The notes beneath the pieces are model-generated. The model did no database searches, was not told the origin of the DNA, and saw only the letters and a program-made list of their open reading frames with translations. A stretch of DNA of 57,405 nucleotides from Candidatus Kaiserbacteria bacterium (lineage in GTDB: Bacteria > Patescibacteriota > Minisyncoccia > Phycocordibacterales > UBA2100). A program made the translations under genes and the position numbers. The stretch lies in contig JACRFH010000010.1 of NCBI GenBank assembly GCA_016217975.1, positions 1-57,405 of the forward strand, in the 5' to 3' direction. Below, piece by piece: positions 1 through 8,278 of this stretch. Every line of letters starts with the position of its first letter. Position 1 is the stretch's first letter.

Positions 1-1
1 A

Positions 2-388
2 GAGATCGAACAATATATCAATGAGCGGCAGAAAGAATTCGCCCCGCCGCCGAAGAAAGATAAGAAGAAAGGGGGAAGCGGGAATAATGGGGGAAGTGGG
101 GGCAATCAGCAGCAATCTGTCTCGGTGCCGCTGTCAAATCCTGATCGCTTGAGTCTGCGCGCCGCGATAGACGCGGCGCGCCCTGCGCCTCTTGCATCGG
201 TGAAATCTCCTGCCGATATTCTTCGCCAGAAATTTGCCGCGCGGGCCGCTACTTCAGCGCAGGGCAGTCCTCAGCCTGTGTCTCCAAAGATGGGAGTGTC
301 GCAGAATGTGCGGGATAATGTCGGCCATGAGGAAGGGGTTGAGATCTCGAACGACGTTGTGGAGCGCATCCTTCGCGACGAGCAGTAG
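2..388 (+). CDS. 3' part of a hypothetical protein whose start lies upstream of the window
   Basis: The frame is open from base 2 to the stop at 386-388 (EIEQYINERQKEF...ERILRDEQ*). It has a Gly/Asn/Lys-rich low-complexity linker. I recognise no family. Confidence 0.4.
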   Translation, partial: EIEQYINERQKEFAPPPKKDKKKGGSGNNGGSGGNQQQSVSVPLSNPDRLSLRAAIDAARPAPLASVKSPADILRQKFAARAATSAQGSPQPVSPKMGVSQNVRDNVGHEEGVEISNDVVERILRDEQ

Positions 389-1208
389 TCTCTTTGTCGT
401 CATGGTCGCGCTACCGCTTTCAGTCAACGCTTCGGTAGTTATCTCGGAATTCTTGTACGATGCGCAAGGTTCGGATACTGGCAAAGAGTGGGTCGAGCTT
501 TTCAACACCGGTCCAAATGCTGTGGATATTTCGAAATGGAAGGTCAGTGACGGATCAAATCACGTATTAAACGCGCCGCCCAAGAATGGCTCAACTGGCT
601 CCATGACACTCGCCCCCGGCACGTACGCGATTCTCGCGGGGGACGCCGCTGCATTTCTTGGTGCGCATGCAGGATTGGGTGTTTCTATTATTGATACGAC
701 ATTGAGTCTCGGCAACGCAGCAGGTTCGATATCGATTCGCGATGCGAGTAGTACGGTGATTGACAGCGTCTCGTACACCAAGTCACTTGGTGCTACGGGA
801 GATGGAAATTCACTGCAGAAGACAAGTGCGGGAGTATGGATTGGAGCCATACCGACGCCCGGGCAGGCGAATGCCGAAGTAGCGGCAGCAAAGGTTGCAC
901 CAGTAGTTCCATCGAAAGCGGCGTCGAAGAAATCTTCCACGCAGGCCACTAGCAAGACAAGGCCAGCCGTGGTCGAACCGGATGTCGCTACCGTCGATGA
1001 TGTCCGCAATGAGCCTGATGTTGCAGCAGAGTCGATTGTTCCAATTTCGAGTGACGAAACGGCAGCAGCGAATGCTGCAATGAATTGGGGCTCGCCGTGG
1101 TTACTTGGTGCGATCGGCATTGCTATGGCCGCAGCGGGTGCAGGAGTGATCGCTCGAAAGTCCAAGAAGACAGAATGGGATATTGAGGAAATGCCCTCGG
1201 ACGTGTAA
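327..1208 (+). CDS. Lamin-tail-domain (LTD) surface protein with N-terminal signal/anchor and C-terminal TM helix
   Basis: I chose the internal ATG at 327, which gives MRKGLRSRTTLWSASFATSSSLFVVMVALPLSVNA (signal-like). VVISEFLYDAQGSDTGKEWVELFNTGPNAVDISKWKVSDGS matches the LTD signature. An Ala/Ser/Pro-rich linker follows, then WLLGAIGIAMAAAGAGVIARKSKK (TM helix plus basic stop-transfer). Confidence 0.6.
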   Translation: MRKGLRSRTTLWSASFATSSSLFVVMVALPLSVNASVVISEFLYDAQGSDTGKEWVELFNTGPNAVDISKWKVSDGSNHVLNAPPKNGSTGSMTLAPGTYAILAGDAAAFLGAHAGLGVSIIDTTLSLGNAAGSISIRDASSTVIDSVSYTKSLGATGDGNSLQKTSAGVWIGAIPTPGQANAEVAAAKVAPVVPSKAASKKSSTQATSKTRPAVVEPDVATVDDVRNEPDVAAESIVPISSDETAAANAAMNWGSPWLLGAIGIAMAAAGAGVIARKSKKTEWDIEEMPSDV

Positions 1209-1217
1209 AGTTGCGTT

Positions 1218-1736
1218 ATGGCTGAAATGTCTAATGGCGATGATGGTTTCAAAAAGAGCGGCGTCGAGCAAGTTGTCTCCGATGCGCAATCAGTTTTGTC
1301 GGATATCAAAAGCTTCGCATCTTCGCCTTTACTCGAAGGCGCCGCTCAAGACGTGAAGCAAGAGCGTTTTCAGAAATTGTTTGACTCCTGGGAAATGTTG
1401 GCGTCATTCCACGCGGAGATGCAAGAATATATTCAGGGGAACAAGCTTCCAGCAGGATATCTTGATACATACACACAACTAGCATATGGTCAGATAAATG
1501 TAGATACCCAGATGCGCGGACTTGGGGTGCCTTTCTACGCTCATTTCCTAAGATTGAAGACAGACAAACTCATCGAAGCGGCAGCGTTGCGGGATGATAT
1601 CGACTATGGCGCGTTTGAGAGAAGGCTCGTCAAAGAAGCTGTACGCAATTTAGCGACATCGATTAGAGAAGACGCCTCCCCAGAAGATGCAATTGCTGTT
1701 ACGAGATTTCTCAGAGAGTTCGGAAGTAAACTCTAG
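1218..1736 (+). CDS. hypothetical protein
   Basis: 172-aa ORF with tight spacing after the LTD gene. Helical-looking composition; no family recognised. Confidence 0.45.
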   Translation: MAEMSNGDDGFKKSGVEQVVSDAQSVLSDIKSFASSPLLEGAAQDVKQERFQKLFDSWEMLASFHAEMQEYIQGNKLPAGYLDTYTQLAYGQINVDTQMRGLGVPFYAHFLRLKTDKLIEAAALRDDIDYGAFERRLVKEAVRNLATSIREDASPEDAIAVTRFLREFGSKL

Positions 1737-1779
1737 TTTGTTTGCGGAGGGTCAAAAGTATTTTTAGTATTTTCCAGGC

Positions 1780-1819
1780 ATATAGCACAATATCAACGGC
1801 CGTGAAGTCTGTGCTATAT
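1780..1819. repeat. 40-bp hairpin repeat, copy 1 (ATATAGCACA ... ACGGCCGT ... TGTGCTATAT)
   Basis: 10-bp perfectly complementary outer arms and a palindromic ACGGCCGT centre. It ends 7 nt before the ATG at 1827. Confidence 0.8.
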
Positions 1820-1826
1820 TTCTTCT

Positions 1827-2414
1827 ATGAGGAAGAAAAGGAGGTTAGTTCGAAACAAACTAGGCTTCATCGAGCATGAAATGTTATCGGAAATTTCTGC
1901 GGGTGACATGCTTGTGGGGATGCTACTTTCTGCCCGGAGCACCAAGCACATGTTTGCAACTGCTCGTGCCCGCGCCGCACACAGACAGGCAAAGCATCGA
2001 GCATTAGATCGTATGACCAAACGTGGATTGATTTCTATGGATGACCGAGAAACTCTGCATCTGACAAAAGCGGGAAGCGCAGCACTTGAACGTTCGATCG
2101 TACGCATGCGTTCCGATATCCGTGATGTCCGCACAGTCTGGGACGGGAAATGGCGATTAGCCGCTTTCGATATTCCGGAGATAATGCGAGGCGCGCGCGA
2201 CGCATTACGTTTCGTACTGAAGAGGGCAGGATTCTTGCAACTTCAGCAGAGTATATGGATATACCCTTATGATTGTGGCGAGCTACAACTTCTTCTTGTA
2301 GAAGATCAAAAGCTCAGACATCGCGTGGTATATGTCCGCATCGATCTTTTGAATGACGAGAAGAATCTCTTGGAGCATTTTGGGCTATCTCGGAATCGAA
2401 TTAGAAAAGAATAG
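1827..2414 (+). CDS. PaaX-like transcriptional regulator
   Basis: The C-terminal WDGKWRLAAFDIPEIMRGARDALRFVLKRAGFLQLQQSIWIYPYDC resembles the PaaX-family C-terminal domain. The N-terminal part is winged-helix-like. Confidence 0.6.
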   Translation: MRKKRRLVRNKLGFIEHEMLSEISAGDMLVGMLLSARSTKHMFATARARAAHRQAKHRALDRMTKRGLISMDDRETLHLTKAGSAALERSIVRMRSDIRDVRTVWDGKWRLAAFDIPEIMRGARDALRFVLKRAGFLQLQQSIWIYPYDCGELQLLLVEDQKLRHRVVYVRIDLLNDEKNLLEHFGLSRNRIRKE

Positions 2415-2417
2415 CAG

Positions 2418-2457
2418 ATATAGTCTGCATTCCACGGCCGTGTAATTCAGACTATAT
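2418..2457. repeat. 40-bp hairpin repeat, copy 2 (ATATAGTCTG ... ACGGCCGT ... CAGACTATAT)
   Basis: Same architecture as 1780-1819. Four arm substitutions are compensated in the opposite arm. It starts 3 nt after the stop at 2412-2414. Confidence 0.8.
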
Positions 2458-2512
2458 ATCATTATGCGTGAATTCGGTGGTATTCCTTAGCGGAATGGTT
2501 TAGAGTTATCAA

Positions 2513-3391
2513 ATGGCAGAGAAGAGCATTCTTGTAACTGGGGGGGCGGGGTTCGTGGGAAACGCTTTGTGCAAGCGCTTAATTGTTGAGGGACATAAGG
2601 TGATCTCGCTCGATAATTATTTTACGGGCTCGCGAGAGAATCAGGTACCGGGCGTTGAGTATCGAGAAGGGCACACCAAGGACATCGCCAAATTGGTTCC
2701 CGAGGATATCGACCTTATCTACCATCTTGGTGAATACGCGCGTGTCGAGCAGAGCTTGAGCGAGCCCGACCTCGTATGGGATCTCAACATTGCTGGCACG
2801 CACGGGGTTCTTGAATATTGGAGAGCCAGAAATAAAAATAATCAGAAGTGCAAGCTGGTGTATGCCGGCTCGTCGACCAAATTTGGCGACGGAGGCCTCG
2901 CGCGCGTGGCCACTCCCTATGCCTGGACCAAAGCCGCGAATACCGAACTTGTAAAGAATTATGCGCAGTGGTACAAGCTCCCATTTGCGATCACGTATTT
3001 CTACAATGTGTATGGCCCGGGAGAGCGGGCAGGAAAATATGGGACCGCGATCGCGATATTCATGGATCTTTTTGCGAAAGGCCAGCCAACCAAAGTCACG
3101 AGTCCCGGGACGCAGTCGCGCAATTTCACGCACATCGACGATATCGTTGATGGTCTCGTCATGGTGGGCGAGAAAGGAGAAGGGGAAGAATTTGGCCTTG
3201 GCAATGAGACCGTGTATTCGATGCTTGATGTTGCGGAACTATTCGGGACAAAGATTGAGATGCTGCCGGAGCGGCCAGGAAACAGAACGAATTCGAGTCT
3301 TGATACGAGCAAATCAAAAGCTCTCGGATGGACCGCTAACAGATCGCTTGAAGACTACATCCGCGATTTCACATCGCGCACAAAGAAATGA
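2513..3391 (+). CDS. NAD-dependent epimerase/dehydratase, UDP-glucuronate decarboxylase-like
   Basis: ILVTGGAGFVGNALCKRLIVEGHKVISLDNYFTGSRENQ (Rossmann GxxGxxG, UXS-like) and a YAWTK YxxxK catalytic pair. Confidence 0.75.
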   Translation: MAEKSILVTGGAGFVGNALCKRLIVEGHKVISLDNYFTGSRENQVPGVEYREGHTKDIAKLVPEDIDLIYHLGEYARVEQSLSEPDLVWDLNIAGTHGVLEYWRARNKNNQKCKLVYAGSSTKFGDGGLARVATPYAWTKAANTELVKNYAQWYKLPFAITYFYNVYGPGERAGKYGTAIAIFMDLFAKGQPTKVTSPGTQSRNFTHIDDIVDGLVMVGEKGEGEEFGLGNETVYSMLDVAELFGTKIEMLPERPGNRTNSSLDTSKSKALGWTANRSLEDYIRDFTSRTKK

Positions 3392-4371
3392 CGCAAGATT
3401 CCAAAGGAGCGATTCTTATCACCGGCGGAGCCGGATATATTGGATCGCATGCGGCGCTCGCCCTTCTCGAAAGGCAGGAGCGCGTCGTCATTCTCGACGA
3501 TTATTCCGCAGGTCCAGCGCCGGTAATTCTTGATGGCGCGCGGTATGTGGAAGGGAATGTTGGTGATGCGGCGTTGGTGAAGAAGCTCGTCAAAGATGAG
3601 GGCATAGATTCCATCCTGCATTTCGCGGGATTCATCCGCGTCGACGAATCAATGCGCGAGCCGCAGATGTACTTCATGAACAATACTGAAAATACCAAGA
3701 TTCTCATGAATGTGGCGGTCGAAGGCGGAGTGAAGAACGTTATCTTTTCTTCCAGCGCGGCTGTGTATGGCAATCCCGAAAAGGTTCCAATTCTCGAAGA
3801 TGTCTCGCTCAAGTCAATTAATCCTTATGGCGAATCAAAACTTCGATCAGAAAAGATCATTCGCGAGCTACCGCTCAAATCGATGATTCTCCGATATTTT
3901 AACGTTGCCGGGGCCGATCCGAAGGGGCGTACCGGCTACCGCATCGAAGAAAATCCGACGCATCTTATTCGCACTGCGCTCCGCAAACTCATCGCTGGCG
4001 ATGTATTCCATATCAATGGTCGCGATTATCCCACACCAGACGGCACGTGCATCCGTGATTACATCCACGTGTCCGATCTAGCGGAAGCTCACATCGAAGC
4101 GCTTGAATATCTTCGAAATGGCGGCAAATCGCAAACGATGAATTGCGGATACGGACACGGCTACTCTGTCGTCGAAGTCGTAAATGCCGTAATGCGTGCG
4201 ACCAACCGCAAACTCACCGTCGAATACGGTCCTCGCCGCGAGGGTGACCCAGCCGCGCTTGTCGCCGACGTCTCGCGTATCAAAAAGACTCTCGCCTGGA
4301 AGCCCCAGTACGACAACCTCGAAACCATCATCCGCCACGAGTACGAATGGGTCCGCGCACACACACAATAA
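3388..4371 (+). CDS. galE: UDP-glucose 4-epimerase
   Basis: ILITGGAGYIGSH, SSSAAVYG, NPYGESK (YxxxK), RYFNVAGADP and DGTCIRDYIHVSDLAEAH are all classic GalE blocks. ATGA overlap with the upstream gene. Confidence 0.85.
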   Translation: MTQDSKGAILITGGAGYIGSHAALALLERQERVVILDDYSAGPAPVILDGARYVEGNVGDAALVKKLVKDEGIDSILHFAGFIRVDESMREPQMYFMNNTENTKILMNVAVEGGVKNVIFSSSAAVYGNPEKVPILEDVSLKSINPYGESKLRSEKIIRELPLKSMILRYFNVAGADPKGRTGYRIEENPTHLIRTALRKLIAGDVFHINGRDYPTPDGTCIRDYIHVSDLAEAHIEALEYLRNGGKSQTMNCGYGHGYSVVEVVNAVMRATNRKLTVEYGPRREGDPAALVADVSRIKKTLAWKPQYDNLETIIRHEYEWVRAHTQ

Positions 4372-4707
4372 TTATTCTGACTTATTCTCGATTTGTTTCT
4401 GGCCTGGAGTTGAAAGTGCTTGTCTCGGATTTGCCTCGACTTCTCCAATTAAATCAGTCCAAATTCGCTTCGCAGGTTCTTTGAATCCAGGCAAGACGAA
4501 TTTGATATTTTTTACCTGTCTTTGGATAGCGGCATCAAATTCACCCGCCTTATCCGAGTCTGTGAAGGTCATTTTGCTCAATTGCCTGAACATATCTACC
4601 GCCTCGTCTCTTGATTTTACTGTACCCAATGCCTCAACCAGATCATCCATACTCATGTCGTCTCTAACGACCGGCGGCTGTTTCTTGAATTTTTCTAACC
4701 ATTTCAT
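4372..4707 (-). CDS. hypothetical protein
   Basis: 111-aa ORF lying 26 nt downstream of the minus-strand epimerase gene, convergent with galE. No family recognised. Confidence 0.4.
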   Translation of the reverse strand: MKWLEKFKKQPPVVRDDMSMDDLVEALGTVKSRDEAVDMFRQLSKMTFTDSDKAGEFDAAIQRQVKNIKFVLPGFKEPAKRIWTDLIGEVEANPRQALSTPGQKQIENKSE

Positions 4708-4733
4708 AGTTAAGGATGGAATTATTGATATCG

Positions 4734-5693
4734 CTAGATTCTACCACCTCTTTTCTTCGTGGGTTTAGTCATGCTTTCAACTGTGCGGCGGATGCCAGCT
4801 TCGAGGGAGATGCGGGGATCGTAGCCCAAAATTGTGTTGGCTTTTGAGATATCGGCGAGGCTGTGCGCAATGTCTCCGAGGCGCTCTGGGCCGTAGATGG
4901 GTTTGATATTTGTGCCGAGGACTTTGCTGATTGTTTTTACCAGTTCGTTTAGTGAGACTTGCTCACCGCGCGCGACGTTGAACATGTGCCCGCGGGCTTC
5001 TGGCACGGTTGCGGCGAGAATGTTAGCTTCGACGGCGTCATCGACGAACGTGAAATCACGCGTGATCGAGCCGTCGCCATTAATTTTGGGCGATTTTCCC
5101 TGCTGTATGAGCTTGATGAAAAGCGGGATGACGGCCGAATAGGGAGAATCGGGATTTTGATGCGGGCCGTAGATATTGAAGTAGCGAAGCGAAACGCCTT
5201 CAACACCGAAATACTTGTCGAAGAATTCTGTGTACTTTTCCCCGACCCATTTCTGGAGACCATATGGCGAAACGGGGTTTGGTGGCATTTCTTCGACTTT
5301 TGGAAGCGTTGGAGTATCGCCATATGCGGAGCTTGATGCGGAGTACACGACGCGTTGCACTTTGGCATCACGCGCCGCGATAAGCACAGAGAATGTCCCA
5401 TCGATATTTGCTTTGTGCGATTCGGCAGGATTTTCGATAGAGCGGGGGACAGAGGGGATCGCAGCAAGATGGAAAACGACATCCGCACCTTTCATCGCCT
5501 TGGTGAGCTTTTTTGTGTCGTTGACGTCGAATTTGAGGAAAGTGATCTTCTTCAAGATGTCGGTGATGTTCTTTTTCTCTCCTGTAGAGAGATCGTCGAC
5601 CACGGTGACCTTCCATCCGTCTCGCACGAGCCTGCGCGAAAGATGAGAACCTATGAATCCCGCGCCTCCAGTTACGACTGCTTTCTTCATCAC
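4734..5693 (-). CDS. NAD-dependent epimerase/dehydratase (UDP-sugar 4-epimerase-like)
   Basis: AVVTGGAGFIGSHLSRRLVRDGWKVTVVDDLSTG, SPYGLQK (YxxxK), RYFNIYGP. The annotated start is GTG 5693; an ATG follows at 5690. Confidence 0.8.
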   Translation of the reverse strand: MMKKAVVTGGAGFIGSHLSRRLVRDGWKVTVVDDLSTGEKKNITDILKKITFLKFDVNDTKKLTKAMKGADVVFHLAAIPSVPRSIENPAESHKANIDGTFSVLIAARDAKVQRVVYSASSSAYGDTPTLPKVEEMPPNPVSPYGLQKWVGEKYTEFFDKYFGVEGVSLRYFNIYGPHQNPDSPYSAVIPLFIKLIQQGKSPKINGDGSITRDFTFVDDAVEANILAATVPEARGHMFNVARGEQVSLNELVKTISKVLGTNIKPIYGPERLGDIAHSLADISKANTILGYDPRISLEAGIRRTVESMTKPTKKRGGRI

Positions 5694-5727
5694 GTCATGA
5701 TATACTCACTCCGTCAAATATTCAACT

Positions 5728-6936
5728 ATGCGCAAAGTTCTCATATTTAGTCTTGCGTATTTCCCGAAGCATGTGGGAGGTGCGGAAGTGTCCATTAAAG
5801 AGATAACCGACCGTATTCCAGACATTGAATTCCACATGGTGACCCTTCGATTTGACTCAGGGCTAGCGAAAGAGGAAAAGATCGGAAATGTGATCGTGCA
5901 TCGTGTTGGCATAACTACAAAAAATCCAAGCATGGCAGATCTCAAGCGCTTTCCACTCAATCTCAACAAGCCGCTCTTTCAATTTCTCGCGGCGGGGGAA
6001 GCTTTTAAGCTTCATCGTCGACACAAATTTGACGCAATCTGGGCAATGATGGCGCATTCGTGTGGCGTTCCCGCGGCAATTTTCAAATGGAAACACCACC
6101 AAGTGCCGTACCTACTCACGCTTCAAGAAGGCGATCCCACCGATTACATCGAGAAAAAGATGCTCCCACTCTGGCCGCTTTTTTCGCGCGCTTTTACCTC
6201 CGCTGATTTCGTCCAAACAATTTCTGCATTCCTGGGCAAATGGGCACGCACACGACATTTCAAAGGACCACTTGAAGTGATACCGAATGCCGTGAATGCC
6301 GCGCATTTTGGGCACGAATATCCGATAGAAGAAGTTGCCGCTGTTGCGCGGGAAGAATTGCACAAGAAATCCGGCGAAGTTCTTTTGGTTACAACCTCGC
6401 GCCTTGTTCCAAAGAACGGCATCGACGATATCATCAAGGCTTTGCAGTTTCTCCCGGAGAGCGTTCGTTTTGTCGTCTTTGGCACTGGACCCGAAGAAGC
6501 GATGCTCAAGGAACTTGTAATGAGATGTCATCTCAATACGAGGGTGGATTTTCGAGGGCAGATTGGGCACGCGGAAATGCCGCTTATACTTCAAGCTTGC
6601 GACATATTCATCCGCCCAAGTCGCTCGGAAGGCATGGGTAATTCTTTTGTGGAAGCTATGGCGGCAGGACTTCCAGTGATCGCAACGCAAGAAGGCGGCC
6701 TTTCTGACTTCTTGTTCGACCAAAAAAGAAATCCCGATAAGCCGACGACGGGTTGGGCGGTAGATAAGAATTCGCCAGAGCAGATTGCGGAAGCGGTCAA
6801 AGACATCATCGCAGATCCCGAAAAAGTCTCGCGTGTCGTCGCAACAGCGAAGAAAATGGCATTTGAGAAATATGATTGGGACATTATTGCACGAGACATG
6901 CGGGAAAAGGTCTTTGCCGCACTGTTCAGAACTTAA
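5728..6936 (+). CDS. glycosyltransferase family 4 (GT-B)
   Basis: The C-terminal EGMGNSFVEAMAAGLPVIATQEGG matches the GT4 EX7E region. The N-terminal FPKHVGGAE is typical. Confidence 0.8.
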   Translation: MRKVLIFSLAYFPKHVGGAEVSIKEITDRIPDIEFHMVTLRFDSGLAKEEKIGNVIVHRVGITTKNPSMADLKRFPLNLNKPLFQFLAAGEAFKLHRRHKFDAIWAMMAHSCGVPAAIFKWKHHQVPYLLTLQEGDPTDYIEKKMLPLWPLFSRAFTSADFVQTISAFLGKWARTRHFKGPLEVIPNAVNAAHFGHEYPIEEVAAVAREELHKKSGEVLLVTTSRLVPKNGIDDIIKALQFLPESVRFVVFGTGPEEAMLKELVMRCHLNTRVDFRGQIGHAEMPLILQACDIFIRPSRSEGMGNSFVEAMAAGLPVIATQEGGLSDFLFDQKRNPDKPTTGWAVDKNSPEQIAEAVKDIIADPEKVSRVVATAKKMAFEKYDWDIIARDMREKVFAALFRT

Positions 6937-7203
6937 TTGTCATGGAAGCGGTTTCGTGATTCAGTGATAGTACAGCAGATGGTGCTGTGTGAGTCGAGAG
7001 GTGTGCCATGAAAGAATGGCTCAAAGCGTGTGAAAAGACGGCTGACTACCTACTCTGCTGGACAGTGTACTGGTGTGGCAATCCCGTACCGCTTCTGAAG
7101 TTGTGGAGGAAGGACCTCGAAATCCTTTCCCCGACACCTGAGTTGCCTTACGGGCATCGCTAACGCCTAACCCAGCCGGGCTGTATCATACCCACCAATC
7201 AAG

Positions 7204-7225
7204 GCGGAGCGCTTCGGTGCTCCGC
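7204..7225 (+). terminator. stable UUCG-tetraloop hairpin (possible terminator or 3' end of a structured RNA)
   Basis: GCGGAGCGC-TTCG-GTGCTCCGC forms a 9-bp stem (one G:U) followed by TTT. It sits at the end of the 6937-7260 gap. Confidence 0.45.
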
Positions 7226-7260
7226 TTTCACGTAAGCCGAATATTCGCTACAGTGTCCAG

Positions 7261-8277
7261 ATGCGCTTTCTGATTGCCACCGGTATCTATCCTCCCGAAG
7301 TGGGTGGTCCCGCGTACTATGCGAAGAATCTTGGAGATGCGCTTCGCGAGAAGGGACATCACGTCAACCTCGGGACATTTGGCGCTCTCAAAAGATTGCC
7401 CAGTGGTCTGCGACATCTCGCTCTCTTTTTCAAGCTCATACCTCATGCGCGCAGTGCAGATGTCGTTATCGCACTCGATACATTTAGTGCAGCACTTCCC
7501 GCGCTCTTTGCATCCAGACTTTTCAGAAAGCCGCTCATCGTCCGCACTGGCGGCGATTTTCTCTGGGAGCAGTATGTCGAGCGCACGGGCGATCTTCTGC
7601 CGCTGCCTCTATTTTACGAAAAGCACCGCGCCTTTACGCTCAAAGAACGATGTATGTTTGCGCTCACGCGCTATCTCTTGCACCGCGCGACGATCGTTTT
7701 CAGCAGTGTTTTCCAAAGAGACATTTGGGCTCGCGCGTATGGTCTCGATGCGAAAAAGACGCATCTGATTGAAAATGCGGTATCTGGCGGATTATGCGAA
7801 ACGCATGCGCCAGCGGAAAAGAATTTCCTCGCATTTGGCCGCGACATCAAGCTCAAAAACACTTCACACCTGTATGAGGCATTTACCTTGGCTCAACAAA
7901 AGATTCCCGGGATCGTGCTTGAAACGGGACAGGTGCCGCACAGCGAGCTTATGGACAAAATCAGTTGCGGGTATGCCGTCATCTTACCTTCGGTAAGCGA
8001 GGTGAGTCCGAATTATATTCTTGATGCGATACGATGCGGCAAGCCGTTTATCCTTACCAAATATTCCGAATATGCACGCCTCTATGGCGACCTCGGACTT
8101 CTCGTTGACCCGCTGGACGTGAACGATATCGCAGAGAAGATCGTGCAAATGTGCGATGAGACAACGTATGCAGAATTATCACGTCGTATCTCAACTCGCT
8201 TGCTCACGCGTACGTATGCAGATGTGGCGGAAGATTTTCAAGAACTAGTTAAAAATATGGGTTTCGTAAATCCATAA
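7261..8277 (+). CDS. glycosyltransferase (GT-B, GT4-like)
   Basis: MRFLIATGIYPPEVGGPAYYAKNL is a typical GT4 N-terminus. Size and operon context fit. Confidence 0.7.
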   Translation: MRFLIATGIYPPEVGGPAYYAKNLGDALREKGHHVNLGTFGALKRLPSGLRHLALFFKLIPHARSADVVIALDTFSAALPALFASRLFRKPLIVRTGGDFLWEQYVERTGDLLPLPLFYEKHRAFTLKERCMFALTRYLLHRATIVFSSVFQRDIWARAYGLDAKKTHLIENAVSGGLCETHAPAEKNFLAFGRDIKLKNTSHLYEAFTLAQQKIPGIVLETGQVPHSELMDKISCGYAVILPSVSEVSPNYILDAIRCGKPFILTKYSEYARLYGDLGLLVDPLDVNDIAEKIVQMCDETTYAELSRRISTRLLTRTYADVAEDFQELVKNMGFVNP

Positions 8278-8278
8278 T

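Noticed and set aside
560-1309. 249-aa ORF on the minus strand
   Set aside because: It lies entirely antisense to the LTD gene, which has recognisable motifs. Its Ala/Ser/Thr-rich sequence is typical of a shadow frame, and no family is recognisable.
7008-7163. 51-codon ORF (MKEWLKACEKTADYLLCW...) in the long gap
   Set aside because: I did not call it as a feature. It is short, has no recognisable family and no obvious ribosome-binding or promoter context, and an ORF of this length is expected by chance. It is mentioned in the finding as an alternative explanation.
6937-7260. Known structured RNAs (RNase P, SRP/4.5S, tmRNA, hammerhead, TPP/cobalamin riboswitches) in the long gap
   Set aside because: GGAGGAAGGACC resembles but does not match the RNase P P4 GAGGAAAGUCC and is in the wrong position. 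There is no GGAAGGAAGCAGC-type SRP motif and no tRNA-like 3' end. CUGAAGU lacks the invariant A of the hammerhead CUGANGA, and no B12 box or TPP core is present. I kept the region as an unexplained finding instead.
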